The notes below the pieces were generated by a model. The model did no database searches and was not told where the DNA came from. It was given only the letters and a program-made list of their open reading frames with translations. Below are positions 1 to 11,667 of a stretch of DNA of 64,000 bases, in pieces (position 1 is the first letter of the stretch; the number at the start of each line of letters is the position of its first letter). The stretch comes from Candidatus Acidiferrales bacterium. Its GTDB lineage: Bacteria; Acidobacteriota; Terriglobia; Acidiferrales; UBA7541. Position numbers and translations under genes: made by a program. The DNA is taken from positions 12,557 through 76,556 of the forward strand of contig DATLST010000022.1 of NCBI GenBank assembly GCA_035534055.1, in the 5' to 3' direction.

Positions 1-1798
1 GGACATCCGACAGCTCCTGGAGGCGGTGTTGAGGTCCGATCAGCCAATCTGCCGGGCGGTTGTCCATCTCTGGAGTCTTGATGCTGGTCGTCCAGAGGAG
101 ACTACCGTCGCTTCGCTGAAGACAGCTCAGACGCTCGGCTGTAGCAGTGTCTTAGAGTTGGTCCAGGAGTTAGCTCGGGTCGAACGGGATCACTTACCGC
201 GCCTGTGGATGGTCACGCGGAGTGCTCAGCCGGCCGGGGAAGAGGTCTTGCCCCTGGACATAGCCCAGGCGCCTCTTTGGGGACTGGGTCGCGTTATCGC
301 TCAGGAGCACCCCCTGTTCTGGGGAGGATTGATGGACTTGGAACTCAGGTCTTCGGCTCCCGAGGACGCCGCTCATCAGTTGTGGAAAGAAATCTCTACT
401 CCAGATGGAGAAGATCAGCTTGCGTTCCGGCAAGGTCGGCGATACGCAGGCCGTTTGATCCGCAAACCTCGTTCCGCCACGCAGGAAGCTCCCCTTAGCT
501 GGCGCACTGACGGCAGCTATCTGATCACAGGTGGACTGGGAGACCTCGGACTTTCTGTCGCCCGCTGGATGGTAGAGCAAGGGGCTCGGCGATTGATCCT
601 GTTAGGACGCACGAAGCTCCCGCCACGCGCGCACTGGAACTCGGCAGAAGCAGGAAGCCGGCTAGCCCACCAGATTGACGCGATTCGACAGATGGAAGCC
701 CTGGGAGCGTGCGTGCATCTGGCCGCCGTGGATGTGGCAGATGAAGGACAGCTAAGCGCCTTTCTGGATGAGTTTCGAGCTGAGGGGTGGCCACCGATCC
801 GAGGTGTGGTGCACGCAGCGGGAGTACTGCGGGACGGACTGCTGGTGCAACTCGATGCCGCGGCACTGAATTCGGTTTTGCGGCCCAAGATGATAGGCAG
901 CTGGCTGCTACATCGCCTGCTTGAAAACGTTCCCCTCGACTTCTTTGTACTTTTCTCTTCCGCGGGCTCCGTTCTGGGTCAGCCTGGCCAGGGAAACTAT
1001 GCTGCTGCCAATGCCTTCCTGGATGCCCTGGCTCACCACCGAAGAGCCCAAGGTCAGCCGGCCCTGAGCATCAATTGGGGAGCCTGGAGCGGCCTGGGCT
1101 TCGCGGATACGCCAGGAGGAAAACGCCTAGCCGCACGCCTCGCGTTCCTGGGAATCAAGAGCATCGCACCCGGGCAAGCGCTGGAAGTCCTGGAACGGCT
1201 ACTTCGGCAAGGCGCCACCCAGGTCGCGGCGGTGCCAGTTGATTGGGGGCGGTATCGCCAGTTTTATCCGGCGGGCACTGAATCGCCACTGCTCTCGGAA
1301 CTTGCACGCGAGGAAGCCGACAACTCACCGCAAGCGGATCTTCCCGGCGAAAAGAGAAGTGCGCTCCTTGCCGCAGAACCAGCGGAGCGCCGCCAGTTAC
1401 TGCAGTCCTACCTGACCGAGCTGGTGGCTCGTGTGCTTGGGCTGTCCGCATCCAAGCTGGACGTACAGCAACCGCTCAGCAACCTGGGATTGGATTCCTT
1501 GATGGCGGTCGAATTGAAAAACCGGATCGCGGTTGACCTGGGGGTGAACGTGCCGATGGTGACATTTCTCTCGGGACCTAGTGTTGAGCAGGCTACACCG
1601 CAACTGCTTCAGCTGCTTACCTCTGAGCTTCCCGGCTCATCAGTGCCTCTTGCCTCGGCAAATGGTCACTCCCAAGGGCAGCGAGGAAACGGCGGCATCG
1701 ATGAACACGTGCTGGAGAATCTCGACCAGTATTCGGATGAGGAAGTGAATTCGCTGCTCACTGATCTATTGGCTAAAGAGGAAGCCAGTGAAAAGTGA
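1..1798 (+). CDS. Polyketide synthase, C-terminal part of a module (ketoreductase + acyl carrier protein); 5' end lies outside the window
   Basis: Frame is open from base 2 with no stop. KR Rossmann motif ITGGLGDLGLSVARWMVEQGARRLILLGR. KR catalytic region SSAGSVLGQPGQGNYAAANAFLD. LRD motif in HAAGVLRDGLL. ACP motif LGLDSLMAVELKNRI. Acidic C-terminal tail. Confidence 0.9.
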   Translation, partial: DIRQLLEAVLRSDQPICRAVVHLWSLDAGRPEETTVASLKTAQTLGCSSVLELVQELARVERDHLPRLWMVTRSAQPAGEEVLPLDIAQAPLWGLGRVIAQEHPLFWGGLMDLELRSSAPEDAAHQLWKEISTPDGEDQLAFRQGRRYAGRLIRKPRSATQEAPLSWRTDGSYLITGGLGDLGLSVARWMVEQGARRLILLGRTKLPPRAHWNSAEAGSRLAHQIDAIRQMEALGACVHLAAVDVADEGQLSAFLDEFRAEGWPPIRGVVHAAGVLRDGLLVQLDAAALNSVLRPKMIGSWLLHRLLENVPLDFFVLFSSAGSVLGQPGQGNYAAANAFLDALAHHRRAQGQPALSINWGAWSGLGFADTPGGKRLAARLAFLGIKSIAPGQALEVLERLLRQGATQVAAVPVDWGRYRQFYPAGTESPLLSELAREEADNSPQADLPGEKRSALLAAEPAERRQLLQSYLTELVARVLGLSASKLDVQQPLSNLGLDSLMAVELKNRIAVDLGVNVPMVTFLSGPSVEQATPQLLQLLTSELPGSSVPLASANGHSQGQRGNGGIDEHVLENLDQYSDEEVNSLLTDLLAKEEASEK

Positions 1799-3408
1799 AT
1801 AGTAGCACTTCCCAGCGAATCGCCGATCTTTCATCGGGCGAAAAGCGCGCGCTCCTTGCCCAGCTTCTTCGCAAGCAGGCTAGCGACTCCAAATTAATTT
1901 ATCCGCTCTCCTATAATCAGCAGGGGATATGGTTTCTCTACCAACTCGCCCCCGAGAGTTCGGTTTACAATGTCAATTTTGCGGCGCGCATCCCGTCCGA
2001 CTTAAACGTTCCGGCACTGCGACGCGCATTGCAGAGATTGGTCGATCGCCATGCTTCGCTGCGCACTACTTTCCCCGCACACTCCGGCAAACCGGTCCAG
2101 CAGGTCCACGAACACCTAGCGGTTCACTTCGACGAAGTGGACGGCTCTATGTGGGGCGGCGACGAACTGAAGGCCCGACTGCTCGAGGAGGCGTATCGTC
2201 CGTTCGATCTGGAGCGAGGTCCTCTGCTACGAGTGATCCTGTTCACTCGATCGGAACGAGAGCACATTCTTCTGCTGGTCGTGCATCATATCGTCGTCGA
2301 CTTTTGGTCGCTCGCGATCCTTCTCGACGAACTCGGCATACTGTACCCAGCCGAAAGCGCCGGTGTGAAAGCGCCTCTGCCTCCTCTTGATTTACAATAT
2401 ACGGACTACGTCAGTTGGCAGGCCGAGATGTTGGCAAGCGCGGAAGGAGAGCGCCTGTGGGCGTACTGGCAGGCGCAACTTGCCGGGGATCTGCCGGTAC
2501 TTCAACTCAGAACTGATCGGCCCCGGCCCGCCATTCCGACCTATCGGGGGGCATCGCACGAATTCACGCTAAACGCGGAAGTGAGCTCCGAACTCAAGGC
2601 GCTGGCCAAGGCTCATGGAGCGACGTTGTACATGGTGCTTCTGGCTGTGTTCCAAGTAGTGCTTTCTTACCATACCGGCCAGGAAGACCTATTGGTGGGA
2701 TCGCCCATGATGGGCAGGAGCCGAGCCGAGTTCGAAGGCATCGTCGGCCTCTTTACAAACCCGGTCGTCTTAAGGGCGAATCTCTCCGGGAACCCGACGT
2801 TCCGAGCGTTTCTTGACCAAGTTCGCCACACGGTGCTGTCTGCTCTCGACCATCAGGATTACCCCACCGTTCTATTGGTTGAGCGCCTGCGGCCGCCCCG
2901 CGATCTCAGCCGCCCCCCGCTGTGCCAGGTGATGTTCGTGTTGGACAAGCCCCACCGCATCGCGCAGCAAGGCGCACCCGCATTTGTGGCGGCCGAAACC
3001 GGGCTGCGCATGAATCCTGGGGGGCTCGTTCTGGAGTCGGTGCCGCTGGAACGCCGCGCCGCCGCTCTCGATCTCGTGTTGTTGATAATTGAGACCCAAG
3101 AATCGCTCGCCGCTTCAATGCGCTACAATACAGATCTGTTTGATCCGGCCACCATCGCCCGAGTGTCAGAACACTTTGAGATACTTCTGCGACATGTCGC
3201 TAAACAGCCCGCTGCTAGGTTGAGCGCACTAAAAGAACTACTCGCCGAAAGGGACAGGCAGGAACGTGTCCGCGCTGCAAAACGGCACCGAGAACTTAAT
3301 ATTCAGAAGTTACAGCAGGTCAAGCGCAAAGCTCTTAGCGCATCGGACCTGAGTGAAAACGGCGTTCGGGGGGGGCCGAAGTACACGAATGCAAACGACC
3401 GTTATTGA
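1795..3408 (+). CDS. Free-standing NRPS condensation (C) domain protein with basic coiled-coil-like tail
   Basis: 537 aa. Start overlaps the PKS stop by 4 nt (GTGA). C1-like YPLSYNQQGIWFLYQL. Active-site motif HHIVVDFWS (HHxxxD kept, G replaced by F). No A or T domain. C-terminal RDRQERVRAAKRHRELNIQKLQQVKRK. Confidence 0.85.
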   Translation: MNSSTSQRIADLSSGEKRALLAQLLRKQASDSKLIYPLSYNQQGIWFLYQLAPESSVYNVNFAARIPSDLNVPALRRALQRLVDRHASLRTTFPAHSGKPVQQVHEHLAVHFDEVDGSMWGGDELKARLLEEAYRPFDLERGPLLRVILFTRSEREHILLLVVHHIVVDFWSLAILLDELGILYPAESAGVKAPLPPLDLQYTDYVSWQAEMLASAEGERLWAYWQAQLAGDLPVLQLRTDRPRPAIPTYRGASHEFTLNAEVSSELKALAKAHGATLYMVLLAVFQVVLSYHTGQEDLLVGSPMMGRSRAEFEGIVGLFTNPVVLRANLSGNPTFRAFLDQVRHTVLSALDHQDYPTVLLVERLRPPRDLSRPPLCQVMFVLDKPHRIAQQGAPAFVAAETGLRMNPGGLVLESVPLERRAAALDLVLLIIETQESLAASMRYNTDLFDPATIARVSEHFEILLRHVAKQPAARLSALKELLAERDRQERVRAAKRHRELNIQKLQQVKRKALSASDLSENGVRGGPKYTNANDRY

Positions 3409-6400
3409 AGGGGTCCGGCTTTCACCGCAGCAAAGGCATCTGTGGTCATTGCACCACGGCGGCAGCGACGAGCTACCGTATCGTGCGCAATGCGCCGTTC
3501 TCATCGAGGGGAGTCTCGACCTGCAGGTTCTAAGGGCTGCCCTGCGAGACGTGTCCAATCGATACGAGATCCTCCGAACCACCTTTCGTTGTCCCCGCGG
3601 AATGACAATTCCTCTCCAATGGGTGAACGCGGAAGGTGCACCCTCGATAGAAGTATACAATCTGACCACGTGTGACCCTTTACGCCAAGAGGCGGAAATT
3701 GAGGCGCTGTTTCAGGAAGTGGGCCGAGTTCCATTCGACCTTGCGAACGGACCGGTCCTGCGCGTCTACTTGTTGGCCTTGGCGGCCGACCGGCACATGT
3801 TGCTCGTTAACGCCCCGGCGCTATGTGCGGATGCGGCATCACTCAGGGTGTTGGTGCGCGAGATCAGCGGCCGCTATTCAACTTTCGTACGCGGGCAAGA
3901 ACCATCAGGCAACCCGCCTCAATATGCCGATCTCGCCGAGTGGGCAAATGATCTGTTGGAATCGGACGAAACACAGGAAGGCAAGAAGTACTGGCGCGAA
4001 CTGGAAGCTTCAGCTTCCCGCCCTCCAACGCTTCCCTTCGAAAAGCAACCTTCCGCAGGAGCGGCATTCGAGCCCCGACTTCTCGCGTCGCCGATCAATT
4101 CTGAGTTGACCGCGAAGATTACAAAGCTCGGGGCCAAATACGACTCTTCGGCCGACGCGTTTTTCCTGGCTTGTTGGCAAGTCCTGCTCTGGCGTCTAAC
4201 CGGCCAATCAGACTTTGTGGTCGGCTTGGCGTCCGATGGACGTACCTACGAAGGGCTGCAGGAAGCGTTGGGCCTGTTCGCAAAGACCCTGCCTGTTCAG
4301 TGCCGGCTCGAAAAGAAGCTGCGGTTCAGTGAAGTTCTGGAACGAACTAATGAATCTGTGCGTGAAGCCGTTGAATGCCAGGAGTATTTCAGCTTTGAAG
4401 AACTGCCTCGATTGAATGCGGAAACGGAGCCATGCCGCTATTTTCCGCTGGCGTTTGAATTCCAGGATGCGCAGCCGACCTATATCGAGGGCGGCCCGAT
4501 ATTTGTTCCTCAAAAGCAATACAGCTGTTTTGACCGGTTTAAGTTGAAGCTTGCCTGCGTGCGGCAAGGGAGTCTGGTCGCCGCGGAGTTTCATTACGAT
4601 TCCAGTGTGTTCTGCGGCGAAGATGTCAATCGTCTCGCACAAGAGTTTGAGACTGTGATCGAGAGCGTCTGCGCAAATCCGGAGTCGCCGATCACCGCTC
4701 TCGACATCGTGAGCCCCGATGAGCGCCGCCAGTTGCTGATCGAGTTCAACGATACGCGGACCGACTACCCGCAAAGCAGGTGTATTCACGAACTGTTCGC
4801 GGAACGAGCCCGGCACGTACCGGACAATGTCGCGGTCGCTTTTGAGAACTCCCGCTTGACCTACGCGCAGCTCGAGGCTCGCGCCAATCAACTCGCTTAT
4901 CATCTGCAAGGTCTCGGGGTCGGACCGGACGTTCCGGTCGCCATCTGCATGGAACGTTCGCTGGATTTGGTGGTCGGCATCCTTGGCATTCTTAAGGCTG
5001 GCGGAGCTTATGTGCCGTTGGATCCGGAGTATCCCCGCGAGCGCCTTGCCTACGTGATAGAGGATGTTCATGCGCCGGTGCTGCTGACGCAGCAAAGTCT
5101 GCAGGACATAATACCGGCGCGTGGAGTCGAGGTGGTATGCGTAGACTCGGACTGGGAAACGATCGCGAGGCATCGTGAAGACGCCGCACCACTTAATGCC
5201 AGCGCCAGAAACCTCGCATATGTGATTTACACTTCAGGCTCGACCGGACAGCCAAAGGGCGTGATGGTCGAGCACTGCGGACTGATTAATGCTGTCAACT
5301 GGATAAGCAAGACCCTGGAGCTGTCATCCAGCGATCGCTGTATTTTGAAGACGCCCATCACCTTCGATGCCGCTGGGCGTGAATTGTTCCCGACGCTGTT
5401 GGCGGGAGGAACTCTGATAATTGCTGAACCGGGCGGTCATCGTAATGCCCAATATTTGGCAGCCACCCTCTGCCAGGAGCGGATCTCAATCCTTCACTGC
5501 GTACCATCGCTTCTCCGGCTTCTGGTCGAGGAGCCTGCGTTTGACGAAAGCCTCGCCCTGCGCGCTGTCATGTGCGGCGGTGAAGCCTTGGCGCCCCAGA
5601 TTGTCGGGCGGTTCCAGAGCCGCTGCGAGGCCAAGCTGTATAACGTGTACGGCCCGACTGAGGCGATTATCGACTCGACATATTGGCCGTGCGAAGAGCG
5701 TAATGCTCATTCGGCAATTCCTATTGGACGACCTATACCGAACGCTCGCGTCTATGTTTTAGACGGCCTGCTGCGTCCTCTTCCTATCGGCGTCGCCGGC
5801 AGCTTGTACATAGGCGGCGTAGGTCTGGCGCGAGGCTATGTTGGGCGCCCCGATTTAACCGGTGAGAAGTTTATTCCGGACCCCTTCAGCGGCGAGCCCG
5901 GGGCGCGTCTGTACAACACGGGGGACCTCGCGCGCTATCTACCCGACGGGAACATCGAGTTTGTCGGCCGTAGCGACGACCAAGTCAAGATCCGCGGGTT
6001 CCGCATCGAACTTGGGGAAATCGAGGCAACGCTCGGACAACACCCGGCCGTGCGGCAGTCTATCGTCCTCGTTCAGGAAGAAGGGTCCGGAGAGAAGCGC
6101 TTGGTGGCCTATGTGGCCAGCGAGGCAGCGGGACGTCCCAGCGCCAACGAGCTGCGCGGATTTCTCAAGGACAAGCTGCCTGAGCACATGGTGCCTGCGG
6201 CCTTTGTGATGCTAGATGACTTCCCGTTGACCGCCAGCGGGAAGGTAGACCGCCGCGCACTGCCGATGCCCGACGGGCGGCGCCCCGAACTGGACCAGGC
6301 ATTTGTGGCATGCCGCACGCCCACGGAAGAGTTGCTCGCCGAGATCTGGAGCCAGGTGCTGGGCGTCAAACGAGCAGGGATCTACGACAACTTTTTTCAG

Positions 6401-9400
6401 CTGGGTGGGCACTCGCTGTTGGCTACCCAGGTCGTGTCGCGAATTCGCGAAGCCTTCCAGGTGGAGATACCACTGCGCAGCATGTTCGAAACCCCCACCG
6501 TTGCCGGTTTGGCTGAAAACATTGACTTAAGCCGCGGGACGGGACTGCAGGCGCCGCCGATTGTGCCTGTTCCGCGAAAGGGGGAACTGCCTCTTTCCTT
6601 TGCTCAACAGCGACTGTGGTTTATCGATCAGCTTGAACCGGGCAACTCGGTCTATAATTTTCCCGCCGCCGTCCGGCTCAAGGGACCACTCAACATGCTG
6701 GCGCTGAGGCAGAGTCTGAACGAAATCGTGAAGCGCCATGAAGCCTTACGGACGACCTTTTCCATTGTAGATGGTCGACCAGTTCAGGTCATCGCACCGT
6801 CCTTGACGTTGACGGTGCCGATAGTGGATTTGCGGGAGCTGCCTGAAACCGAGCGGGAGACCGAGGTCCAGCGGCTGGTGACGACCGAGGCGCAACGGCC
6901 CTTCGATTTGGCCGAAGGTCCGCTGGTACGGGCAACCCTGCTACGGCTGGGCGAGAACGAGCACGTCGGGCTTTTGACGATGCATCACATTGTTTCCGAC
7001 GGTTGGTCTACGGGAATACTGATCCGAGAGATGGCCGTACTGTACGAAGGCTTTTGTTCTGGAACACCCACAACCTTGCCCGCGTTGCCCATACAGTATG
7101 CAGACTTTGCTCATTGGCAGCGGCAATGGTTGGAAGGTGAGGTTCTGGAAACCCAGCTTACGTATTGGAAAAAGCAACTAGGGGGCGCACCTCCCCTCGT
7201 GGAGTTGCCAACCGATCATCCTCGGCCAACGATTCAGACATTTCACGGCGCGCACCAATCCCTGCGCTTAGCGAAGAACATCGGCGCTGGACTGAAGACG
7301 CTCAGCCGGCAGCAGGGTGTTACCCTGTTCATGACTTTGCTCGCGGCGTTCGAGATTTTGCTTCACAGCTACACGAGTCAGGACGACATCATCGTAGGAA
7401 CGCCAATCGCCAACCGTAACCGGCTTGAGCTCGAGGGGCTGATTGGATTCTTCGTCAACACGCTTGTTCTGCGCATCGACCTTTCAGGCGATCCCGATTT
7501 TCGGGAGCTCTTGCGCCGTGTGCGCGAAGTTTGTCTGGAGGCATATGCCCATCAGGACCTGCCTTTCGAAAGGCTCGTGGAGGAACTACACGTAACGCGC
7601 AATTTGAGCCGCAATCCGCTCTTCCAGGTGATGTTCGTGCTGCAGAATGCGCGGTTGGACACGTGGGAACTGTCAGGCTTGACCCTGAATCCGCTGGAGG
7701 TGGACAGCGGAACTACCCACTTCGACCTCACTCTCCATATTGCCGATACTGGGCATGAGTTGATCGCCACGCTGGCCTATAACACTGATCTTTTTGAGGC
7801 CGCCAGTATTGCCCGCATGCTCCGACATTACGAGACGGTGCTCGAGGCCGTTTGCGCATCTCCCGACGGGCGTCTGTCGGAACTGCCGATGTTAAGCGAG
7901 GCCGAGCGGCAACAACTTCTTGTGGACTGGAACGACGCCAGGGCAGACCACCTGAATGAGCTGTGTATTCATCAGCATTTTGAAGCGCAGGTGACGCGTA
8001 CTCCCCAGGCGATAGCGGTGTGTTTCGAGGATGAGCAGCTTACCTACGACCAGCTCAATCAAAAGGCTAATCAACTTGCGCATCATTTGCGGGCGTTGGG
8101 AGTCCGACCGGAGGTTCCGGTCGGACTCTGTCTCAAGCACTCGTTGGATATGGTCGTCGGATTGCTGGGTATTCTAAAGGCGGGCGGCGTGTATGTGCCT
8201 CTGGATCCGGCGTATCCGAAGGAACGACTGGCCTTCATGCTGGAAGACGCCGAGGTGTCGGTATTATTGACACAGGAACCGTTGCTCGCGAGATTGCCCG
8301 AACACATGGCGAAGGTGGTCTGTCTGGATTCAGACTGGAAGGCCATCGCCCAAGAGAGCCGGGAGAACCCAATCTGCTCAACGATTCCTGCGAACCTCGC
8401 GTACGTCATCTATACCTCGGGTTCTACCGGTCAGCCAAAGGGAGTTCCGGTTTCGCATGATTCTATCGGAGAGCACTGTCTTAGTGTTCAAAAGTACTAC
8501 GAGCTAGAGGCAAGCGATGGGGTGCTACAGTTTGCTTCTCTGAGCTTTGATTTATCATTGGAGCAAATCCTGCCTACCCTCATCGTTGGCGCCAGGCTGG
8601 TTATGATGGGTGCCGAGGTGTGGCATGCAACGGAGTTTCACAAGAAGGTTGCAGAATTCAAGCTTACTGTCCTCAACCTTTCAACCGGCTACTGGCAGGA
8701 ACTGGCGCGAGCGTGGACAGACCTTTCGGATCTGGTCCCAAATATTCAGCCCAAGGTGTTCATCGTAGGCGGCGACACGATGTTGCCTGAGTTCTTTGAG
8801 CTCTGGCAGCGGACACCGATGCGGTCAATCCGTCTAATCAACGCCTACGGACCGACGGAGACCACCATAACGGCGACTGCCTTTGAAATCATTCCGCGGC
8901 CTCGCGAGAACTCTACTTTTCAGAGAATTCCCATCGGCCGTCCTATCGTTAACAGAGAGACCTACATTCTGAACAAGTATGGCAACCCGGTTCCGGTGGG
9001 AGTTGCCGGGGAACTGTATATTGGCGGCGCCTGCCTGGCTCGGGGTTATCTCAACCGGGCCGATTTGACCGCCGAGACATTTATTCCCAACCCCTTCAGC
9101 CGCGGGCCTGGAGCTCGACTGTACAAAACCGGGGATCTCGCCCGCTATCTTCCCGACGGAAACATCGAGTTTCTTGGTCGAATTGATGATCAGGTCAAGA
9201 TCCGCGGGTTCCGTATCGAACTCAGGGAGATCGAAGCGACGCTTCGCCAACACCCGACTGTGCGCAATGCTATTGTCCTGGCCCAGGAAACCGCTCCCGG
9301 AGAGAGACAGCTCGTGGCCCATGTCGTCGCGCGGGGGGAACCTCCTCCATCGGCCAGGGAACTGCGTGACTTTCTGAAGCAAAAGCTTCCCGATTATATG

Positions 9401-10627
9401 GTACCTGCGGTCGTTGTGCCGCTCGATGCTTTGCCGTTGATGGCCAACGGGAAGGTAGACCGGAGTGTTCTCGCGAAGCCCGAACGAACACGACCCGAAC
9501 GGGGAAGGAAGTTCGTGCCACCGCGAAATGCTTTGGAACTCCAGCTCAGTAATCTGTGGGGAGAAGTGTTGGGTATTCGGCCCATCGGCGTGACGGACAA
9601 TTTCTTTGAGTTGGGGGGGCACTCCCTGGCAGCCGTTCGTTTGTTTGCGCTGATAGAAAAGAGACTCGGCAAGAAGATTCCATTAGCCACCGTATTCCAG
9701 GGAGCAACGGTGGAACATCTCGCGAATATTCTCCAGCAGAACGCCAGCGCCGTGCCACATTCATCTTTGGTTGCGATTCAGCCGGGTGGCAACAGACGGC
9801 CTCTGTTCCTGATACATCCGGCCGGTGGACACGTTTTCCCCTACGTTCATCTGGCAAATTGCTTGGGCCCGGATCAGCCCTGCTACGGCCTCCAAGCGAG
9901 AGGATTGGAAGAGGGACAGGAACCGCATAAGCGGATCGAAGAGATGGCCGCGTACTACATAAACGCGATACGGACCGTACAGGCTGAGGGTCCGTATCTC
10001 CTGGGAGGATGGTCCATGGGAGGAGTCGTGGCCTTCGAAATGGCGCAGCAGCTTCACGCGCAGGGGCAACGCGCAGCATTGTTGGTCTTGCTCGATACGC
10101 GGGTTCCTGCGAGCCACGAGGAATTTGCAGATGAAGATTTTGAGGTGACGTTGCTGGTCGATTTTGTCCGCTATTTCGGTCTTTCACTGGATCCTCACGA
10201 CGCTCTCGCTCGCCTTCCGAAGCACGAGCTGCTGCAACGCGTGCTCGAGCACGCAAAAAGAGCCGGCTTGATGCCATCGGATATCGAAGTGTCACATGCT
10301 GAGCCGTTCATCGAGCTCTGCAAGGCTGACTTTCAAGCTACGCGAAACTACGAACTGCATCACTACCCGGGTCGAATCACGCTCTTTAAGGCCGGGCAGG
10401 AGCTTGAGGGAATCCCGTCTGACCCGACCTTGGGCTGGCGTGAGTGGGCTGCTGGCGGAGTGGATGTACATGTCGTTCCCGGCAATCACGCGACTATGGT
10501 TTACAAGCCTCACGTCGAAGTCTTGGCCGAGACGCTACGTGCTTGTCTCGATCAGGTGCAAGCGACTGAAGACTGCTTCGCCTACGGAGTCAGTCCATCG
10601 ATCAGGTTGACGAAGGAGGCTAAATGA
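3389..10627 (+). CDS. Non-ribosomal peptide synthetase, domain order C*(degenerate)-A-T-C-A-T-TE
   Basis: The ORF opens at 3353; the ATG at 3389 ([15 protein letters not shown]) is my preferred start. The N-terminal C-like domain has [11 protein letters not shown] where HHxxxDG is expected. Two A domains ([17 protein letters not shown] twice; NVYGPTE/NAYGPTE; GKVDR). Two T domains ([24 protein letters not shown]). A canonical C ([10 protein letters not shown]). TE ([14 protein letters not shown]). Confidence 0.95.
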   Translation: MQTTVIEGVRLSPQQRHLWSLHHGGSDELPYRAQCAVLIEGSLDLQVLRAALRDVSNRYEILRTTFRCPRGMTIPLQWVNAEGAPSIEVYNLTTCDPLRQEAEIEALFQEVGRVPFDLANGPVLRVYLLALAADRHMLLVNAPALCADAASLRVLVREISGRYSTFVRGQEPSGNPPQYADLAEWANDLLESDETQEGKKYWRELEASASRPPTLPFEKQPSAGAAFEPRLLASPINSELTAKITKLGAKYDSSADAFFLACWQVLLWRLTGQSDFVVGLASDGRTYEGLQEALGLFAKTLPVQCRLEKKLRFSEVLERTNESVREAVECQEYFSFEELPRLNAETEPCRYFPLAFEFQDAQPTYIEGGPIFVPQKQYSCFDRFKLKLACVRQGSLVAAEFHYDSSVFCGEDVNRLAQEFETVIESVCANPESPITALDIVSPDERRQLLIEFNDTRTDYPQSRCIHELFAERARHVPDNVAVAFENSRLTYAQLEARANQLAYHLQGLGVGPDVPVAICMERSLDLVVGILGILKAGGAYVPLDPEYPRERLAYVIEDVHAPVLLTQQSLQDIIPARGVEVVCVDSDWETIARHREDAAPLNASARNLAYVIYTSGSTGQPKGVMVEHCGLINAVNWISKTLELSSSDRCILKTPITFDAAGRELFPTLLAGGTLIIAEPGGHRNAQYLAATLCQERISILHCVPSLLRLLVEEPAFDESLALRAVMCGGEALAPQIVGRFQSRCEAKLYNVYGPTEAIIDSTYWPCEERNAHSAIPIGRPIPNARVYVLDGLLRPLPIGVAGSLYIGGVGLARGYVGRPDLTGEKFIPDPFSGEPGARLYNTGDLARYLPDGNIEFVGRSDDQVKIRGFRIELGEIEATLGQHPAVRQSIVLVQEEGSGEKRLVAYVASEAAGRPSANELRGFLKDKLPEHMVPAAFVMLDDFPLTASGKVDRRALPMPDGRRPELDQAFVACRTPTEELLAEIWSQVLGVKRAGIYDNFFQLGGHSLLATQVVSRIREAFQVEIPLRSMFETPTVAGLAENIDLSRGTGLQAPPIVPVPRKGELPLSFAQQRLWFIDQLEPGNSVYNFPAAVRLKGPLNMLALRQSLNEIVKRHEALRTTFSIVDGRPVQVIAPSLTLTVPIVDLRELPETERETEVQRLVTTEAQRPFDLAEGPLVRATLLRLGENEHVGLLTMHHIVSDGWSTGILIREMAVLYEGFCSGTPTTLPALPIQYADFAHWQRQWLEGEVLETQLTYWKKQLGGAPPLVELPTDHPRPTIQTFHGAHQSLRLAKNIGAGLKTLSRQQGVTLFMTLLAAFEILLHSYTSQDDIIVGTPIANRNRLELEGLIGFFVNTLVLRIDLSGDPDFRELLRRVREVCLEAYAHQDLPFERLVEELHVTRNLSRNPLFQVMFVLQNARLDTWELSGLTLNPLEVDSGTTHFDLTLHIADTGHELIATLAYNTDLFEAASIARMLRHYETVLEAVCASPDGRLSELPMLSEAERQQLLVDWNDARADHLNELCIHQHFEAQVTRTPQAIAVCFEDEQLTYDQLNQKANQLAHHLRALGVRPEVPVGLCLKHSLDMVVGLLGILKAGGVYVPLDPAYPKERLAFMLEDAEVSVLLTQEPLLARLPEHMAKVVCLDSDWKAIAQESRENPICSTIPANLAYVIYTSGSTGQPKGVPVSHDSIGEHCLSVQKYYELEASDGVLQFASLSFDLSLEQILPTLIVGARLVMMGAEVWHATEFHKKVAEFKLTVLNLSTGYWQELARAWTDLSDLVPNIQPKVFIVGGDTMLPEFFELWQRTPMRSIRLINAYGPTETTITATAFEIIPRPRENSTFQRIPIGRPIVNRETYILNKYGNPVPVGVAGELYIGGACLARGYLNRADLTAETFIPNPFSRGPGARLYKTGDLARYLPDGNIEFLGRIDDQVKIRGFRIELREIEATLRQHPTVRNAIVLAQETAPGERQLVAHVVARGEPPPSARELRDFLKQKLPDYMVPAVVVPLDALPLMANGKVDRSVLAKPERTRPERGRKFVPPRNALELQLSNLWGEVLGIRPIGVTDNFFELGGHSLAAVRLFALIEKRLGKKIPLATVFQGATVEHLANILQQNASAVPHSSLVAIQPGGNRRPLFLIHPAGGHVFPYVHLANCLGPDQPCYGLQARGLEEGQEPHKRIEEMAAYYINAIRTVQAEGPYLLGGWSMGGVVAFEMAQQLHAQGQRAALLVLLDTRVPASHEEFADEDFEVTLLVDFVRYFGLSLDPHDALARLPKHELLQRVLEHAKRAGLMPSDIEVSHAEPFIELCKADFQATRNYELHHYPGRITLFKAGQELEGIPSDPTLGWREWAAGGVDVHVVPGNHATMVYKPHVEVLAETLRACLDQVQATEDCFAYGVSPSIRLTKEAK

Positions 10628-10863
10628 ATAGGGACGATAAGGAAGACACGACAACCTACAAAGTCGTTGTAAATCATGAAGAGCAGTACTCTATCTGGCC
10701 AACCGAAAAGAAAAACCCCCTTGGTTGGATGGATGCAGGCAAGACCGGTTCTAAGACTGAATGCCTGGCTTATGTTAAAGAAGTGTGGACCGACATGAGG
10801 CCACTTAGCCTGAGAAGGAAAATGGAAGAGCGGGGAAAGCAGATCGTTTCATCAAAGCACTAA
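10624..10863 (+). CDS. MbtH-like protein
   Basis: 79 aa. [49 protein letters not shown] carries the conserved Trp pattern of the MbtH family. ATGA overlap with the NRPS stop. Confidence 0.95.
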   Translation: MNRDDKEDTTTYKVVVNHEEQYSIWPTEKKNPLGWMDAGKTGSKTECLAYVKEVWTDMRPLSLRRKMEERGKQIVSSKH

Positions 10864-10877
10864 CTTGCAAGATCCAC

Positions 10878-11648
10878 TTGTACCGGCAGATTCCAATGAG
10901 TCGCTCAACAGCCGCTGCTGCGTTTGACCCCTGGATTTCATTCTGCAAGCCGCGCCGAGAGGCCCGTCTTCGTCTGTTTTGTTTTCCGTATGCGGGAGCC
11001 GGCGCTCTCATTTTTCGTACCTGGTCGGACGATTTGCCAGGAAATGTCGAGGTCTGCCCGGTTCAGCTTCCGGGGCGGGGAACTCGGCTGATGGAGCCTC
11101 CGTTTACTCAACTCCCGCCGCTCGTCGAGGCCCTGGCTGAAGCCTTGGTGCCACTCCTGGACAAACCATTTGCCTTCTTCGGCCACAGCCTCGGAGCATT
11201 GGTCAGCTTTGAGCTCGCCCGCCGGCTTCGTAGCCAGTATGGTGTGCATCCTGCCCGGCTATTTGTATCCGCTAGTCGTGCACCTCAAGTCCCTCATCGA
11301 GGCCCGCCGACCCATGCCTTGCCAGAGAAGGACTTTTTGGCAGAACTGCAGCGGCTGAACGGTACGCCCAGCGAGCTCCTGGAACACGAAGAATTAATGG
11401 AGATCATGCTGCCTCTCCTGCGAGCGGACTTTGGGGTGTACGAAACCTACGTGTACTCGACGGAGCCGCCTCTGAGTTGCCCGATCTCCGCGTTTGGCGG
11501 TCTTCAGGATCGCAGTGTGAACAACAGCGATCTTGAAGCCTGGCGTGCTCAAACCAGTGGTTCCTTCTCGCTGCGGATGTTCCCTGGCGACCATTTCTTT
11601 TTGAGGCAGCCCCCCTTCCTTCGGGTCCTCTCCCAGGAACTGCAATGA
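10878..11648 (+). CDS. Type II (editing) thioesterase
   Basis: LFCFPYAGAGALIFRTW, nucleophile elbow GHSLGALVSFELA, C-terminal GDHFFL. Typical stand-alone alpha/beta-hydrolase of NRPS/PKS clusters. An alternative ATG lies 18 nt downstream. Confidence 0.9.
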   Translation: MYRQIPMSRSTAAAAFDPWISFCKPRREARLRLFCFPYAGAGALIFRTWSDDLPGNVEVCPVQLPGRGTRLMEPPFTQLPPLVEALAEALVPLLDKPFAFFGHSLGALVSFELARRLRSQYGVHPARLFVSASRAPQVPHRGPPTHALPEKDFLAELQRLNGTPSELLEHEELMEIMLPLLRADFGVYETYVYSTEPPLSCPISAFGGLQDRSVNNSDLEAWRAQTSGSFSLRMFPGDHFFLRQPPFLRVLSQELQ

Positions 11649-11667
11649 AGCCGGCGGGAGGGGCCAC

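Noticed and set aside
4208-5173. 321-aa antisense ORF inside the NRPS gene. Similar long antisense ORFs occur at 8834..9622, 9546..10295, 32842..33741, 40386..41006, 42647..43279, 45710..46711, 51838..52767 and 58211..58822.
   Set aside because: Each lies entirely within a strongly supported gene on the other strand. Each has Arg/Pro/Gly/Ala-biased composition typical of open antisense frames in GC-rich DNA and shows no recognisable motif.
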